Shown: piece by piece, positions 1 through 10,189 of the stretch | How positions within the stretch are numbered: the stretch's first letter is position 1 | Layout of the letters: each line of letters opens with the position of its first letter | Assembly: GCA_965240335.1 (NCBI GenBank) | Contig: CBDEKM010000011.1 | Location: 237,135-301,134 of the forward strand | Origin: a bacterium | GTDB taxonomy: Bacteria > JAAXHH01 | Length of the DNA: 64,000 bases | Direction of reading: 5' to 3' | Position numbers and translations under genes: made by a program | Notes under the pieces: generated by a model | Seen by the model: the letters and a program-made list of their open reading frames with translations, nothing else | Told to the model about the DNA's origin: nothing | Databases searched by the model: none

Positions 1-435
1 GGTACCATGGCCAACGTGCTGCGCGCAGGCCTCGAGCGTTTTCAGACTATCGCCGATGAGAATCTGACGAGCGACCGGCAGGTAGCGGAGATCAAGCGGG
101 CATTCGACGAAGCCAATGCCCTGGAGACTCCGTTGCTCGAACGTAACCTGATCGCCCTACAGACCATCGCCACCATCGCCACGCTGGTTGGGCTGCTCGG
201 TACGACGATTGGTATGATCCGTGCCTTTGCCGCCATGGCCAACGAAGGCGCGCCGGACGCCATCCAGCTCGCGCTCGGTATTTCCGAAGCGCTGATCAAC
301 ACGGCGGGTGGACTGGCCGCGGCCATCATGGGTATCGTTGCGTACAACTACTTCGTCAACAAGGTAGACATGTTCACCTACGCCATCGATGAAGTGGCGC
401 AGGAAGTCTTAGCCATTCTTGCAGGCCGGGCCTAA
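1..435 (+). CDS. exbB: MotA/TolQ/ExbB proton channel protein (5' truncated by window edge)
   Basis: TIATIATLVGLLGTTIGMIRAF and GISEALINTAGGL motifs; followed by exbD-exbD-tonB. Confidence 0.9.
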   Translation, partial: GTMANVLRAGLERFQTIADENLTSDRQVAEIKRAFDEANALETPLLERNLIALQTIATIATLVGLLGTTIGMIRAFAAMANEGAPDAIQLALGISEALINTAGGLAAAIMGIVAYNYFVNKVDMFTYAIDEVAQEVLAILAGRA

Positions 436-461
436 TCGGTCGGCGTTAAGGAGTTTTAGAT

Positions 462-945
462 ATGGCGAGTGGAAAACATTCACCGGTAAATATCGACATG
501 ACGCCTATGGTGGATATCGCCTTCCTGCTGCTCATCTTCTTCATGGCCACGACGCAGTTCAAGGAACCGGAATCGATTGCCATACTGCTGCCGGAATCGC
601 ACTCGGTAATCAAGTTGCCTGAATCGGATGTCGTGATCCTGACAGTCGGTCCGAGACCCGAAGCCGGTTGTTCTGGCGGCTGGAACCCCAGCCCGAAGTT
701 TCGATCGAGTTATCGGAGATGGAGAGGGCACTGGTGGAGGCGCGTATTCGAAACCCAAGGTTGCGAATCGCCATCAAGGCGCACAAGGACGCTGAGTTCG
801 GCGTAATCAGCGATATGATGGGGATTTCCAGAAAACGAACAACACCCGTTTCAACCTGGTGACCAACTTCGAAGACGACTTTAAATCTTCGGACGACGAA
901 CCGACCAGTTTGAGACCGGTTAACCACGACCTGGTAAGGAGGTGA
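462..945 (+). CDS. exbD: ExbD/TolR biopolymer transport protein, split by two apparent 1-bp deletions (~652 and ~826)
   Basis: IDMTPMVDIAFLLLIFFM motif; adding one C to CC at 651-652 and one T to TTT at 825-827 joins ORFs 462 and 668 with the tail ...FQKTNNTRFNLVT...RR* ending at TGA 943-945. Confidence 0.8.
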
Positions 946-951
946 TGACAC

Positions 952-1473
952 ATGGCAGCTGTCCAAGGCGCTGAGAAAGCCAGTGACAGAAAACAGGAAG
1001 GTGGAAAAAAGCATAAAAAGAAGCGAGCACCCATCTTTATCGACATGACGCCCATGGTGGACATCGCTTTCCTCTTGCTCATCTTCTTCATGGTTACCAC
1101 GGTATTCAGGGCGCCGCAGACCATGGAACTCAACATTCCGCCCGACAAGGACGATAAGGTCGAGATAGCGGAATCGAACGTGCTGCTGATCTACATGCTG
1201 GAGGATGACCGCCTGTTCTGGCAGATCGGCCGGGACATGACGCCGGAACTATTGGAACTGGTCGACATCCAGGATTTCATCAAGGAGAAGGAAGAGGAGA
1301 ACGCCGAGGAACACGACGGCGATTCCAAGCTGGTGACCCTGGTCATGATACAGCGCACAAGTCCATACGAACAATTGGTCAACGTCATGGACGAGCTTCA
1401 GTTAGGCGCCATCGACCGGTTCAGTATAACGGTCCTGGAGCAGGACAAGTATGAGGAGGTGTTTGGCTCATGA
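952..1473 (+). CDS. exbD: ExbD/TolR biopolymer transport protein (second copy)
   Basis: IDMTPMVDIAFLLLIFFMVTT motif; C-terminal YEQLVNVMDEL. Confidence 0.9.
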   Translation: MAAVQGAEKASDRKQEGGKKHKKKRAPIFIDMTPMVDIAFLLLIFFMVTTVFRAPQTMELNIPPDKDDKVEIAESNVLLIYMLEDDRLFWQIGRDMTPELLELVDIQDFIKEKEEENAEEHDGDSKLVTLVMIQRTSPYEQLVNVMDELQLGAIDRFSITVLEQDKYEEVFGS

Positions 1474-2210
1474 TAGGATCGCTGCTTAGCGTCGAGCATT
1501 TTCCTCTGAAGAAAGAATCCCCCGTAAAGTTCTTCTACCAGAGGAACGCCAGAAGGGGGATTATGGCGGCCATCATCGTGCACGTGCTGGCCCTGGGCAC
1601 CTACTGGACGGTGTGGTATCTCGAGGAGATGAACCGGCAGTACGCCACTACGATCGTGACGTATGCCGACCTGGGGCCGCCGCCTGCCTTGACCGACGCG
1701 CCGGAAATGCCGGAAGTGCCGGTGGAGGCGCCTTCACGCCCGGTGATAGGAATACCGGAGCCCGTGGATGATGCCGAGGTTTCGGCCGAGATGACTATCG
1801 CCACACAGACCGAAATGAGCCAGAGCATTGCTCCGGTGATACAGGATATCGAGGAGCAGAATATCATCATCGAGGCGCCGGAGGAAGAGAATATCGCCAT
1901 TGATGACGATGCGCTTCCGCCGCCCGATGCCTTTGTGCCTTTCGAAACGCCCCCTGCTGCGGTAACCCGAGTTCAGCCCGAATATCCGGAACTTGCACGC
2001 AAGGCAGGTATAGAAGGCACGGTGTTAGTTAAAATCCTGGTCGACAAGGAAGGCAGAGTCCGTGACGCCATCCTGTTGAGGGGGATTGGTGCGGGCCTTG
2101 ACGAAGCCGCTCTCGAGGCTATCAGGAAATGGGTGTACACGCCGGCCATTCAGAACAGCAGGCCGGTAGCCGTCTGGGTGGCGCAACCGATTCTTTTCAG
2201 GTTGCGATGA
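1470..2210 (+). CDS. tonB: Energy transducer TonB
   Basis: N-terminal TM helix, Pro/Glu-rich spacer, C-terminal domain YPELARKAGIEGTV...W.YTPA. Confidence 0.9.
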   Translation: MIGSLLSVEHFPLKKESPVKFFYQRNARRGIMAAIIVHVLALGTYWTVWYLEEMNRQYATTIVTYADLGPPPALTDAPEMPEVPVEAPSRPVIGIPEPVDDAEVSAEMTIATQTEMSQSIAPVIQDIEEQNIIIEAPEEENIAIDDDALPPPDAFVPFETPPAAVTRVQPEYPELARKAGIEGTVLVKILVDKEGRVRDAILLRGIGAGLDEAALEAIRKWVYTPAIQNSRPVAVWVAQPILFRLR

Positions 2211-2281
2211 GGTTTCGATTTCTCGGACTGAGTCTGCGGCCGGCCGGCCGCGGCTCATTCCTCCTTTAAGTCGAGTTGTGC

Positions 2282-2307
2282 AGAGGGCGGGTTTCAACCC
2301 GCCCTCT
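2282..2307. terminator. 12-bp perfect hairpin after tonB (terminator or REP-like element)
   Basis: AGAGGGCGGGTT-TC-AACCCGCCCTCT; no clean U-tract. Confidence 0.5.
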
Positions 2308-2345
2308 CTGTGTGTGAACGCCAGGATGACGGCATTCCGTGACGA

Positions 2346-2374
2346 TTGACGGGCATTTTTATGGTCTCTATTAT
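2346..2374 (+). promoter_or_regulatory. sigma-70 promoter of the hppA operon
   Basis: TTGACG-N17-TATTAT. Confidence 0.65.
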
Positions 2375-2418
2375 CAACTGGTCTGGCAGGAGACTATCAA
2401 GGGAGAAGGTTTCGGTAT

Positions 2419-4576
2419 ATGAATGAGTTGATGTACGGTGTGATTGTCGCTGGCCTGCTGGGACTGATTTACGCCATCTGGAGAACGGCCTGGATCAATC
2501 GTCAGGAAGAGGGCACGGACAAGATGAAAACCATCGGCGCCAGTATTTCAGATGGTGCCATGGCGTTCCTCAAAGCGGAATACCGGGTTCTGGCGGTTTT
2601 TGTCGTGATCGTGGCCGTAATACTGGCCGTGGCGAACATGGGCAGGGTCGAATCGAGTGCGCTCATCGCACTTTCCTTCGTCACCGGTGCTTTCACTTCC
2701 GGGCTGGCAGGTTTCCTGGGCATGCGCGTAGCCGTACGGGCAAATACGCGGACCACGCATGCGGCTCGGACCGGACTGGCCCAGGCGCTGCATGTGGCTT
2801 TTGCCGGTGGGTCGGTCATGGGACTGAACGTGGTGGCCCTGGGTGTCCTGGGCCTTGGTGGACTGTTCATTCTCTATACGGGGCTTTTCGGTATCGACGA
2901 GTCCGGTATCGGCCGGGTACTGAACGTCATCTCCGGTTTTTCACTGGGTGCGTCGTCGATCGCGCTGTTCGCCCGCGTAGGTGGAGGCATATACACCAAG
3001 GCGGCCGACGTGGGCGCGGACCTGGTGGGCAAAGTCGAAGCGGGTATTCCCGAGGACCATCCCCTGAATCCAGCCTCCATCGCCGATAACGTGGGTGACA
3101 ACGTTGGCGACGTGGCCGGCATGGGCGCCGACCTATTCGAATCCTACGTGGGATCCATCGTCGGCTCCATGGTACTGGGTGCCGGCATCCTCGTCGCAGG
3201 TGTATATGATCCGGCCTTCATCACCCTGCCCCTGATCATCGCGGGCGCCGGTATCATCATTTCGATCCTCGGTACCTTCATGGTTTCGGTAAAAGAGGGT
3301 GGTAATCCCCAGGCCGGACTAAACAAGGGCCAATTCGGATCTTCGGCGATCATGGTCGCCGTGATGTATCTCCTTATCGACTATCTGCTCCCGGGCGAAT
3401 TCACCCTGGGCGGCGAGACCTACACCAGCCTGGGCGTGTTCATCGCCACGACGATCGGTCTGCTCGCAGGACTCGGAATCGGGCTGATCACCGAACACTA
3501 CACGGGCACCCATACCGGTCCGGTAACGTCCATTACACGGCAGTCGGTGACGGGAACCGCGACCAATATCATCGCGGGCCTGGGCATCGGCATGCGGTCC
3601 ACGGCCCTACCCATACTGATCATCGCCGCAGGCATCATGGGAGCCTACTACGTTGCCGGCCTGTACGGGATCGCCATGGCGGCCCTCGGCATGCTGTCCA
3701 ACACGGGAATCCAGCTCGCTGTAGACGCCTACGGTCCCATTTCGGACAACGCAGGCGGTGTGGCCGAGATGGCGGAATTGCCGCCCGAGGTCAGGCAGCG
3801 GACAGACAAGCTCGACGCGGTGGGCAACACGACCGCGGCCATCGGCAAGGGTTTCGCCATCGGATCCGCGGCGCTGACCGCACTGGCGCTATTCGCGGCC
3901 TACATGGTACAGGTCGGTATTTCGAGCATCGACATAGCGAATCCCCGCGTCATGGCGGGACTCTTCGTGGGCGGCATGCTGCCCTTCCTGTTCTCGTCCA
4001 TGGCCATGAACGCCGTGGGACAGGCGGCCATGGCCATGATCGAGGAGGTCCGTCGCCAGTTCAATTCCATACCGGAGCTCAAGGCCGCGCTGGCGGTGAT
4101 GAAGAAGAACGACGGATTAGACGAAGGGGAATGGTCTCAGGAGGACCGGGATGTCTTCGAGGCGGCGAGCGGTAAACCCGAATACGCCCGATGCGTGGAA
4201 ATATCTACAAAGGCGGCCATCCGGCGCATGGTCCTTCCAGGTCTGCTGGCCGTGTTGACCCCCGTCACCGTGGGATTCATCTTCGGACCGGAGACGCTGG
4301 GCGGCCTGTTGGCCGGCGTCACCGTGTCCGGCGTGTTGATGGCCATCTTCCAGGCCAATGCAGGCGGCGCATGGGACAATGCGAAGAAGATGATCGAAGA
4401 GGGAATGACTATCGACGGTGTACGTTTACGAGAAAGGCTCGGACGCTCACAAGGCCGCTGTCGTTGGCGATACGGTCGGCGATCCCTTCAAGGATACTTC
4501 CGGACCCTCGCTGAACATCCTGATCAAGCTCATGTCCGTGGTGTCCCTGGTCATCGCACCGCTCATCGCAGTTTAG
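2419..4576 (+). CDS. hppA: Membrane-bound ion-translocating pyrophosphatase (K+-dependent type), with a 1-bp frameshift near 4426
   Basis: [38 protein letters not shown] and GGAWDNAKK motifs; removing one T from TTT 4425-4427 restores [26 protein letters not shown] to TAG 4574-4576; Ala in GNTTAA is the K+-dependent signature. Confidence 0.92.
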
Positions 4577-4579
4577 ACC

Positions 4580-5356
4580 ATGACCCCTTTCTTCTCGTTC
4601 CTGGGCAGACGCGTCCTCTGGGCGCTGACGAACATCGGCGATTTCGGCATGATGATGGTAGAAGTCGTCCGTAATCTGCCCCGTATCCGGACGTACTGGG
4701 GTCTGATGATCCACCAGATGTTCGAGATCGGCATCCATTCCATGCCGATAGTCCTGATCATCGCCTTCTTCGCCGGCTTGGTGACGGCCGTGCAGACCGG
4801 GTACCAGTTCCAGGGTTATGTTCCCGCCTACCTGGTGGGCAGTGTCGTCCTCGAGTCGGTGGTTCTTGAACTTGCGCCTGTGCTGGGCGGCCTGGTGCTA
4901 TCGGGCCGTGTCGGTGCTACGATCGCGGCCGAACTCGGCACGATGAAGGTGACCGAACAGATCGACGCCTACGAAGTGATGGCGATGAATCCTATTCTCT
5001 ACCTGGCGATCCCCCGCATCCTCGCCGGCATGTTCATGCTGCCTGTTCTCGTGGTGTTCGCCGACCTGATCGGCGTACTCTCCGGCATGGTGGCAGCCCT
5101 CGACAGAATGCAGGTAAGCCTCCCGGATTTCGAACGGGGCATGCGGGAGTTCTTTCGCACCAAGGACGCATTCTTCGGACTGTCCAAGGCTTTCTGTTTC
5201 GGTATAACCATCACCACGATCGCCTGCTACCAGGGTTTCAAGGTAAAACCGGGTTCCGGCGCCGAAGGCGTGGGCAAAGCGACCACCAACACGGTGGTTG
5301 TATCATGCATTCTGATTCTGTGCCTGGACTACCTGTTGGCCAGAACGATCCTGTAA
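4580..5356 (+). CDS. mlaE: MlaE-family ABC permease (MCE transport)
   Basis: [38 protein letters not shown] motif. Confidence 0.9.
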   Translation: MTPFFSFLGRRVLWALTNIGDFGMMMVEVVRNLPRIRTYWGLMIHQMFEIGIHSMPIVLIIAFFAGLVTAVQTGYQFQGYVPAYLVGSVVLESVVLELAPVLGGLVLSGRVGATIAAELGTMKVTEQIDAYEVMAMNPILYLAIPRILAGMFMLPVLVVFADLIGVLSGMVAALDRMQVSLPDFERGMREFFRTKDAFFGLSKAFCFGITITTIACYQGFKVKPGSGAEGVGKATTNTVVVSCILILCLDYLLARTIL

Positions 5357-5371
5357 ACCACGAGGTGTGAT

Positions 5372-6298
5372 GTGACGTTCAAGAAGAATCTGCTGCCTGA
5401 CGAGGCGAAATTGGGAATGGTCTTTCTCCTGGCGATCATCATTTTCGTCTGGGGCCTGTTCTACCTGAAGGAATGGCGTGTAACCGGAGATACCTACCTG
5501 GTCGAGGTGCGTTTGAGCAGCGCTGTCGGGGTCAAATCCTCCGACCCGATCCTGGTGGGCGGCGTGCGCATCGGCAAGGTCGAAGCCGTGGTCCTCGACA
5601 ATCTCACGCCCGTGGTCACGCTACGCGTCGATGAGCCCTTCCTGATCCCCGAGGATTCGCAGGTGGAAGTAATATCGCGCAGCGTCATGGGGGAGAAATC
5701 GATTAACATCCGCAAGGGCGTCAGCACGGAGATGATTCCACCAGGCGGCGTGCTGGAAGGCACGGCCGCACCGGGCCTATCCGATATGTTCACCCAGGTA
5801 GATTCCGTCACCGTGAATGTGCGCACCCTGCTGAAGAACGCCAATGACATTCTGGATCCGGAACGGGATGGTTCCATCAAGAACAGTCTCACCGGAATTT
5901 ACAATCTGACCACCGAGTTGCAACGGACGCTGAACCGCGAAAGCGTACAGGTCAACCGGGTCCTGGCGAACATGGATTCGCTGGTTGGAAATGTGAAGAA
6001 TCTGAGCGAGACCGAACGGTCCAAGGTATCGCGCACACTGGACAACCTCGAAAGCACGTCCGGCCAGCTGAAGACCATGCTCGACGAACTGCAGACCACG
6101 ACTACGGCGCTGGACAACATCCTAACCCGCCTGGACCGCGGCGAGGGTACCCTCGGTAAAATGTTGCACGACGAAAGGTTGTACGACGACGTAGACCGCA
6201 TGTTCGTCAACATGGACCGCCTGGTAAACAACCTCGACGAGCTCGTGGTCGATCTGAAGGCCAATCCGGGCAGGTACGTGAAGGTCGAGATCTTCTGA
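5372..6298 (+). CDS. mlaD: MlaD/MCE-domain protein with helical C-terminal region
   Basis: N-terminal TM helix, MCE domain (GVRIGKV..V; SVMGEKSINI), GTLGKMLHDE.LY tail. Confidence 0.88.
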   Translation: MTFKKNLLPDEAKLGMVFLLAIIIFVWGLFYLKEWRVTGDTYLVEVRLSSAVGVKSSDPILVGGVRIGKVEAVVLDNLTPVVTLRVDEPFLIPEDSQVEVISRSVMGEKSINIRKGVSTEMIPPGGVLEGTAAPGLSDMFTQVDSVTVNVRTLLKNANDILDPERDGSIKNSLTGIYNLTTELQRTLNRESVQVNRVLANMDSLVGNVKNLSETERSKVSRTLDNLESTSGQLKTMLDELQTTTTALDNILTRLDRGEGTLGKMLHDERLYDDVDRMFVNMDRLVNNLDELVVDLKANPGRYVKVEIF

Positions 6299-6302
6299 TA
6301 TC

Positions 6303-6962
6303 ATGAATAGCAATGACAGGAGCAACAACCCCATGCCCAACGTATTGTCGGAAGCGCTGGACGGTTACCTGACCGACCTGATGCCCGTTAGGGACGAGGT
6401 CCTCACCGAAATGGAAGAAAAGGCCACGGTGGAGCGGATTCCCATCGTCGGCCCCCTGGTCGGCCGCGTGCTGTACCAGATGGCCGTGTTGAGCGGCGCC
6501 CGTCGCGTCTTCGAAATGGGATCGGCCATAGGCTATTCGACCATATGGCTTGCCCGGGCGGTCGGTCCGGAAGGACGGATATACTACTCCGATGGAAGCG
6601 AACAGAACGCCGCCCAGGCCCGCAGGTTCATCGAGCGCGGCGGTGTGGCGGACCGTGTCGTGATCCAGGTGGGGGACGCGCTGGAACTGCTGGAACAGAC
6701 CGAGGGCAGCTTCGACCTGATCTTCAATGACGTGGACAAACACGACTATCCCCGCGTGTTCGACCTGGCACTGCCGCGCATTCGTCAGGGTGGCCTGCTG
6801 ATCACAGACAACGTGCTGTGGAGCGGACGCGTAACCGAGCCTTCCGACGACCAGTGGACCTCGGCCATCCAGGAATACAACAGGAAGGCCTACGGTACCG
6901 CCGAGACCTGGACGACGATCATCCCCCTGCGGGACGGGGTGGCCGTAAGCGTGAAGAGGTAA
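6303..6962 (+). CDS. O-methyltransferase (caffeoyl-CoA OMT-like family)
   Basis: VFEMGSAIGYSTIW, FDLIFNDVDK, ITDNVLWSG motifs. Confidence 0.85.
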   Translation: MNSNDRSNNPMPNVLSEALDGYLTDLMPVRDEVLTEMEEKATVERIPIVGPLVGRVLYQMAVLSGARRVFEMGSAIGYSTIWLARAVGPEGRIYYSDGSEQNAAQARRFIERGGVADRVVIQVGDALELLEQTEGSFDLIFNDVDKHDYPRVFDLALPRIRQGGLLITDNVLWSGRVTEPSDDQWTSAIQEYNRKAYGTAETWTTIIPLRDGVAVSVKR

Positions 6963-6970
6963 GATCCGTC

Positions 6971-7930
6971 GTGCAGTTACCGGACCGTACGTCTGAACTG
7001 GATATCATCTCGATCGGCGAGTGCATGATCGAGATGTTCTGCGAAGGACCCCTCGCCAAAACAGATACGTATACCCGTACCTTCGCCGGTGACACCATGA
7101 ACATGCTGGTGGCGGCTGCGCGTCTCGGCGCGAAGACCGGGTATGTCACCCACGTCGGCAACGACCCCTTCCAGGATTTCCTGACCGAAGCGTGGGGATC
7201 GGAAGGCATCGACCTTAGATGCGCCACCCCCCTCGACCGACCCAACGGCCTTTACTTCATCTCCATCCTTCCCGGCGGCGAACGGGAATTTACCTACTAC
7301 AGGGCGGGTAGCGCGGCGAGTTTCCTCGAACCCGCCGACATCGATTCGGATTACATCGGTAGCGCGAAGATCGTCTATGCAAGCGGCATCTCCCAGGCCA
7401 TTTCGCCAAGCAGCAGGTCCGCCGTGCTCGAGGCCTTCAGGATTGCGCGGGAACGCAACGTCACGACGGCATTCGACACCAACCTAAGGCTCGGGCTGTG
7501 GTCCCTCGACGAAGCCAAGCAGGCCCTGGACGAGATCATTCCCTACGTAAACATCCTACTGCCCAGTGCGCCCGAAGAAATCGAAGCGCTTTTCGGTACG
7601 GACGACGCGCGGGCCGTTATCCAGTCTGTTCGGCGCAGGGGGGTGGAAATGGTCGCGGTTAAATGCGGAGCGGAGGGAGCATTGCTGGGGCTGGATAATG
7701 AGATACACGAACTTCCGGCCTACGTACCGGAAAAAGTGTCTGATACATCCGGCGCAGGCGACGTCTTCAACGGCGCCCTGCTTTACGGACTGACCCAGGG
7801 AATGAGCCCGCTCGAATCCGCGCGGCTTGGCACCATCATGGCCGGCCTCAAGATCCGTGGCCGTGGGGCGACCTACTCGATCCCGTCTCGTGAAGAGGCG
7901 TTCCGCGTATACAGTAAGGTGATCGGTTAG
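6971..7930 (+). CDS. PfkB-family sugar kinase (KDG kinase-like)
   Basis: AGDTMN, FDTNLR, DTSGAGDVFNG signatures; GTG start at 6971 chosen inside ORF 6818..7930. Confidence 0.85.
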   Translation: MQLPDRTSELDIISIGECMIEMFCEGPLAKTDTYTRTFAGDTMNMLVAAARLGAKTGYVTHVGNDPFQDFLTEAWGSEGIDLRCATPLDRPNGLYFISILPGGEREFTYYRAGSAASFLEPADIDSDYIGSAKIVYASGISQAISPSSRSAVLEAFRIARERNVTTAFDTNLRLGLWSLDEAKQALDEIIPYVNILLPSAPEEIEALFGTDDARAVIQSVRRRGVEMVAVKCGAEGALLGLDNEIHELPAYVPEKVSDTSGAGDVFNGALLYGLTQGMSPLESARLGTIMAGLKIRGRGATYSIPSREEAFRVYSKVIG

Positions 7931-8017
7931 GCGGTTCAGCCGGAGTTGTAGAAACCGATTCGAGAGAACAAACAGCGTTGATTCGGTGGTTACGGCGAGG
8001 TCTGCCGGGCGGAGGAA

Positions 8018-8293
8018 TCAGCCACCTTCGTCTTCTTCCTGCCTGGCGTTCTCTTCCTGGCCGGCGTCGTCGTCCTCCTTGGCGTCATCCTCCCGACTGC
8101 CATCCTCGTCTCCAATCCCGTCCCCATCCTCGTCCACCACGACGTCATTCTCCCGCATCTCGTCGATGAGGTGGTTCACTTTCTTGCGCAGGGCATCTGC
8201 CTGGCGTCCCAGTTCGTCCATTTCATCGAGCAGCTTTTCGAATTCCGCGTCATCCATCGCGGAACCGTTTGCGCGTTTGTTTTTACTGGCCAT
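8018..8293 (-). CDS. Small highly acidic hypothetical protein
   Basis: 91-aa ORF with GGAG SD and upstream promoter; N-terminal coiled-coil-like segment and D/E-rich tail. Confidence 0.6.
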   Translation of the reverse strand: MASKNKRANGSAMDDAEFEKLLDEMDELGRQADALRKKVNHLIDEMRENDVVVDEDGDGIGDEDGSREDDAKEDDDAGQEENARQEEDEGG

Positions 8294-8355
8294 GATTTAC
8301 TCCAGTCGAGGCCGGGTTGTAATCACTGGTACCGCAGCCGTAAAACAACTTCAGA

Positions 8356-8384
8356 AAACTAAACATATGAGTACCTGTTGTCAA
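8356..8384 (-). promoter_or_regulatory. sigma-70 promoter (divergent pair, left)
   Basis: TTGACA-N17-TAGTTT on the minus strand. Confidence 0.6.
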
Positions 8385-8424
8385 CAGAAAGCGCCACGGT
8401 ACAGGGCGGACCGGCAATCTCGGA

Positions 8425-8452
8425 TTGACGGAAACCTGCGACGCTGTATATT
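8425..8452 (+). promoter_or_regulatory. sigma-70 promoter (divergent pair, right)
   Basis: TTGACG-N16-TATATT. Confidence 0.55.
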
Positions 8453-8494
8453 GAATTCGCGTTGATCCATGACAGAAAAAAACAGCGGGTGGGT

Positions 8495-9367
8495 ATGGAT
8501 TCTTATCGTAATCCGGCGTCCGACTGGTATAAAACCGCTTTTCAATACGACTATCTGCGGGTATATCCCCATCGGAACGACGACGAAGCGCGCCGCCAGG
8601 TCGATTTTCTACTCGATAGACTGGACATTGTTCCGCCGTGCGACGTGCTGGACCTCGGTTGCGGCGATGGCCGGCACAGCCTGGAACTTACCCGGCGCGG
8701 CTACCGGGTAACCGGACTGGACCTGTCTGAAGAACTGCTGGAACGTGCGCGCCGCCGTACCGCGGACGAGGGACTGGAGATTTCCTTCATCCAGGGGGAC
8801 ATGCGCGACGCGCCCGGTGTCTCCGCCTTCGATCTTGTCGTCAATTTCTTCACCAGTTTCGGTTATTTCCAGGACGACAGCGAAAATGCCCGGGTGCTCG
8901 ATGCCATCGCGCGCTCGCTGCGACCCGGCGGCCGTTTCCTCATGGACTATCTGAACCGGGAATACGTCATCTCCACGCTTGTTCCAGCGGACAGTCGCAG
9001 CCTGGACAACATGGAGGTCGAGCAACGGCGCTGGATCACGGGGGATCCGTCGGAAGCGGGCGGTCACGTGCGCATAAATAAACACGTGCGGATCACGGAA
9101 GACGGCGTGGAGCGGAGTTACGAGGAATCCGTACGCATGTACACCCTGGAAGAGCTCGACGTCATGATGGAACAGGCCGGGTTGAAAGTCACACGGATTT
9201 ACGGTGATTTCGACGGCCGTCCGGTCAGTGGCGAGGCGCCCCGGGACATCCTGATCGGGCAGGCCGGGCCGACCGGGCCGACCAGGCCGACTGGGCCGAC
9301 TGGCGACTCCAAATCGCGCGCGGGAGCCAGATCACTCGACAAAAAAACTGCCATGCCATGTCCGTGA
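8495..9367 (+). CDS. Class I SAM-dependent methyltransferase
   Basis: VLDLGCGDGRH motif I, FDLVVNFFTSFGYF, LRPGGRFLMD; alternative TTG start at 8462. Confidence 0.88.
   Translation: MDSYRNPASDWYKTAFQYDYLRVYPHRNDDEARRQVDFLLDRLDIVPPCDVLDLGCGDGRHSLELTRRGYRVTGLDLSEELLERARRRTADEGLEISFIQGDMRDAPGVSAFDLVVNFFTSFGYFQDDSENARVLDAIARSLRPGGRFLMDYLNREYVISTLVPADSRSLDNMEVEQRRWITGDPSEAGGHVRINKHVRITEDGVERSYEESVRMYTLEELDVMMEQAGLKVTRIYGDFDGRPVSGEAPRDILIGQAGPTGPTRPTGPTGDSKSRAGARSLDKKTAMPCP
9264..9299 (+). repeat. 4 x 9-bp tandem repeat (CYRGGCCGA), in frame, encoding PTG repeats
   Basis: CCGGGCCGA CCGGGCCGA CCAGGCCGA CTGGGCCGA. Confidence 0.85.
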
Positions 9368-10146
9368 TTACGCTCCTTACCGACTTCGGCCATCGCGACG
9401 CCTTCGTGGGAACCATGAAGGGGGTCATCCTGGGGATATGTCCAGAGGCCCGAATCGTGGACCTGTCCCACGGGATTGCGCCCCAGCGGATCGACGAAGG
9501 CGCCTTCGTTCTGCGCACCGCCTATCCCTACTTTCCGGACGGCACCGTGCACGTGGCCGTTGTCGACCCGGGCGTGGGCGGCGAAAGACGGGCTCTGATC
9601 GTGGAAACGACACGGCACCGGTTTGTAGGGCCGGACAACGGTGTCTTCGCCCATGTGTACGCCAGTGAGTCCGATGTACGGGTTACTTCCGTAACCGAGA
9701 CCGGCTACATGCTGCCGAGGATAAGCCGCACGTTTCATGGACGGGACGTCTTCGCACCTGTGGCGGCGCATCTCGCGCTGGGAAGGCCCGTTGGTGAATT
9801 TGGACCCGAGATCACCGATTACCACACCGGATCAATCACCGAACCGGTGGTTCATGGAGGCGGGATCGCGGGTCACGTATTGCATATCGACCGATATGGT
9901 AATATAATAACGGACATCGCCGAATCTCTCTTCCTGGAGACGACCCGCCAGAAGCGGTTTCAGATCAGTTTGTCCAACCTGACGCTGGACCGGATCAGCG
10001 CTTCCTATGACGAAGCCGGTGACGGCGCGGTCCTGGCGATTCTGGACAGCGCGGGACTGCTCGAAATCGCCGTCAACGGGGGCAGTGCGGCCGAAATGCT
10101 GGCCGTGTCATCCGGAGACCGCGTCGACGTGAAAGTGGCGCATTGA
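9358..10146 (+). CDS. DUF62 SAM hydroxide adenosyltransferase (SAM hydrolase; chlorinase/fluorinase family)
   Basis: LLTDFG, VVDPGVGGERR, GPDNG, TFHGRDVFAP, IDRYGN; the Asp-Arg-His residues typical of DUF62 hydrolases rather than halogenases are present. Confidence 0.88.
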   Translation: MSVITLLTDFGHRDAFVGTMKGVILGICPEARIVDLSHGIAPQRIDEGAFVLRTAYPYFPDGTVHVAVVDPGVGGERRALIVETTRHRFVGPDNGVFAHVYASESDVRVTSVTETGYMLPRISRTFHGRDVFAPVAAHLALGRPVGEFGPEITDYHTGSITEPVVHGGGIAGHVLHIDRYGNIITDIAESLFLETTRQKRFQISLSNLTLDRISASYDEAGDGAVLAILDSAGLLEIAVNGGSAAEMLAVSSGDRVDVKVAH

Positions 10147-10189
10147 CCGGAATCATCCAATAGCTTAAACCGAAGACCGGAGACCGAAA

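Noticed and set aside
4420-4432. Programmed ribosomal frameshift in hppA (and in exbD, zapA, rny)
   Set aside because: No slippery heptamer or stimulatory structure; all sites are 2-3 nt homopolymers, better explained as sequencing error
9358-10146. Halogenase (fluorinase/chlorinase)
   Set aside because: The sequence keeps the DUF62 hydrolase Asp-Arg-His residues (DPG..G..RR, TFHGRD) rather than the halogenase signatures
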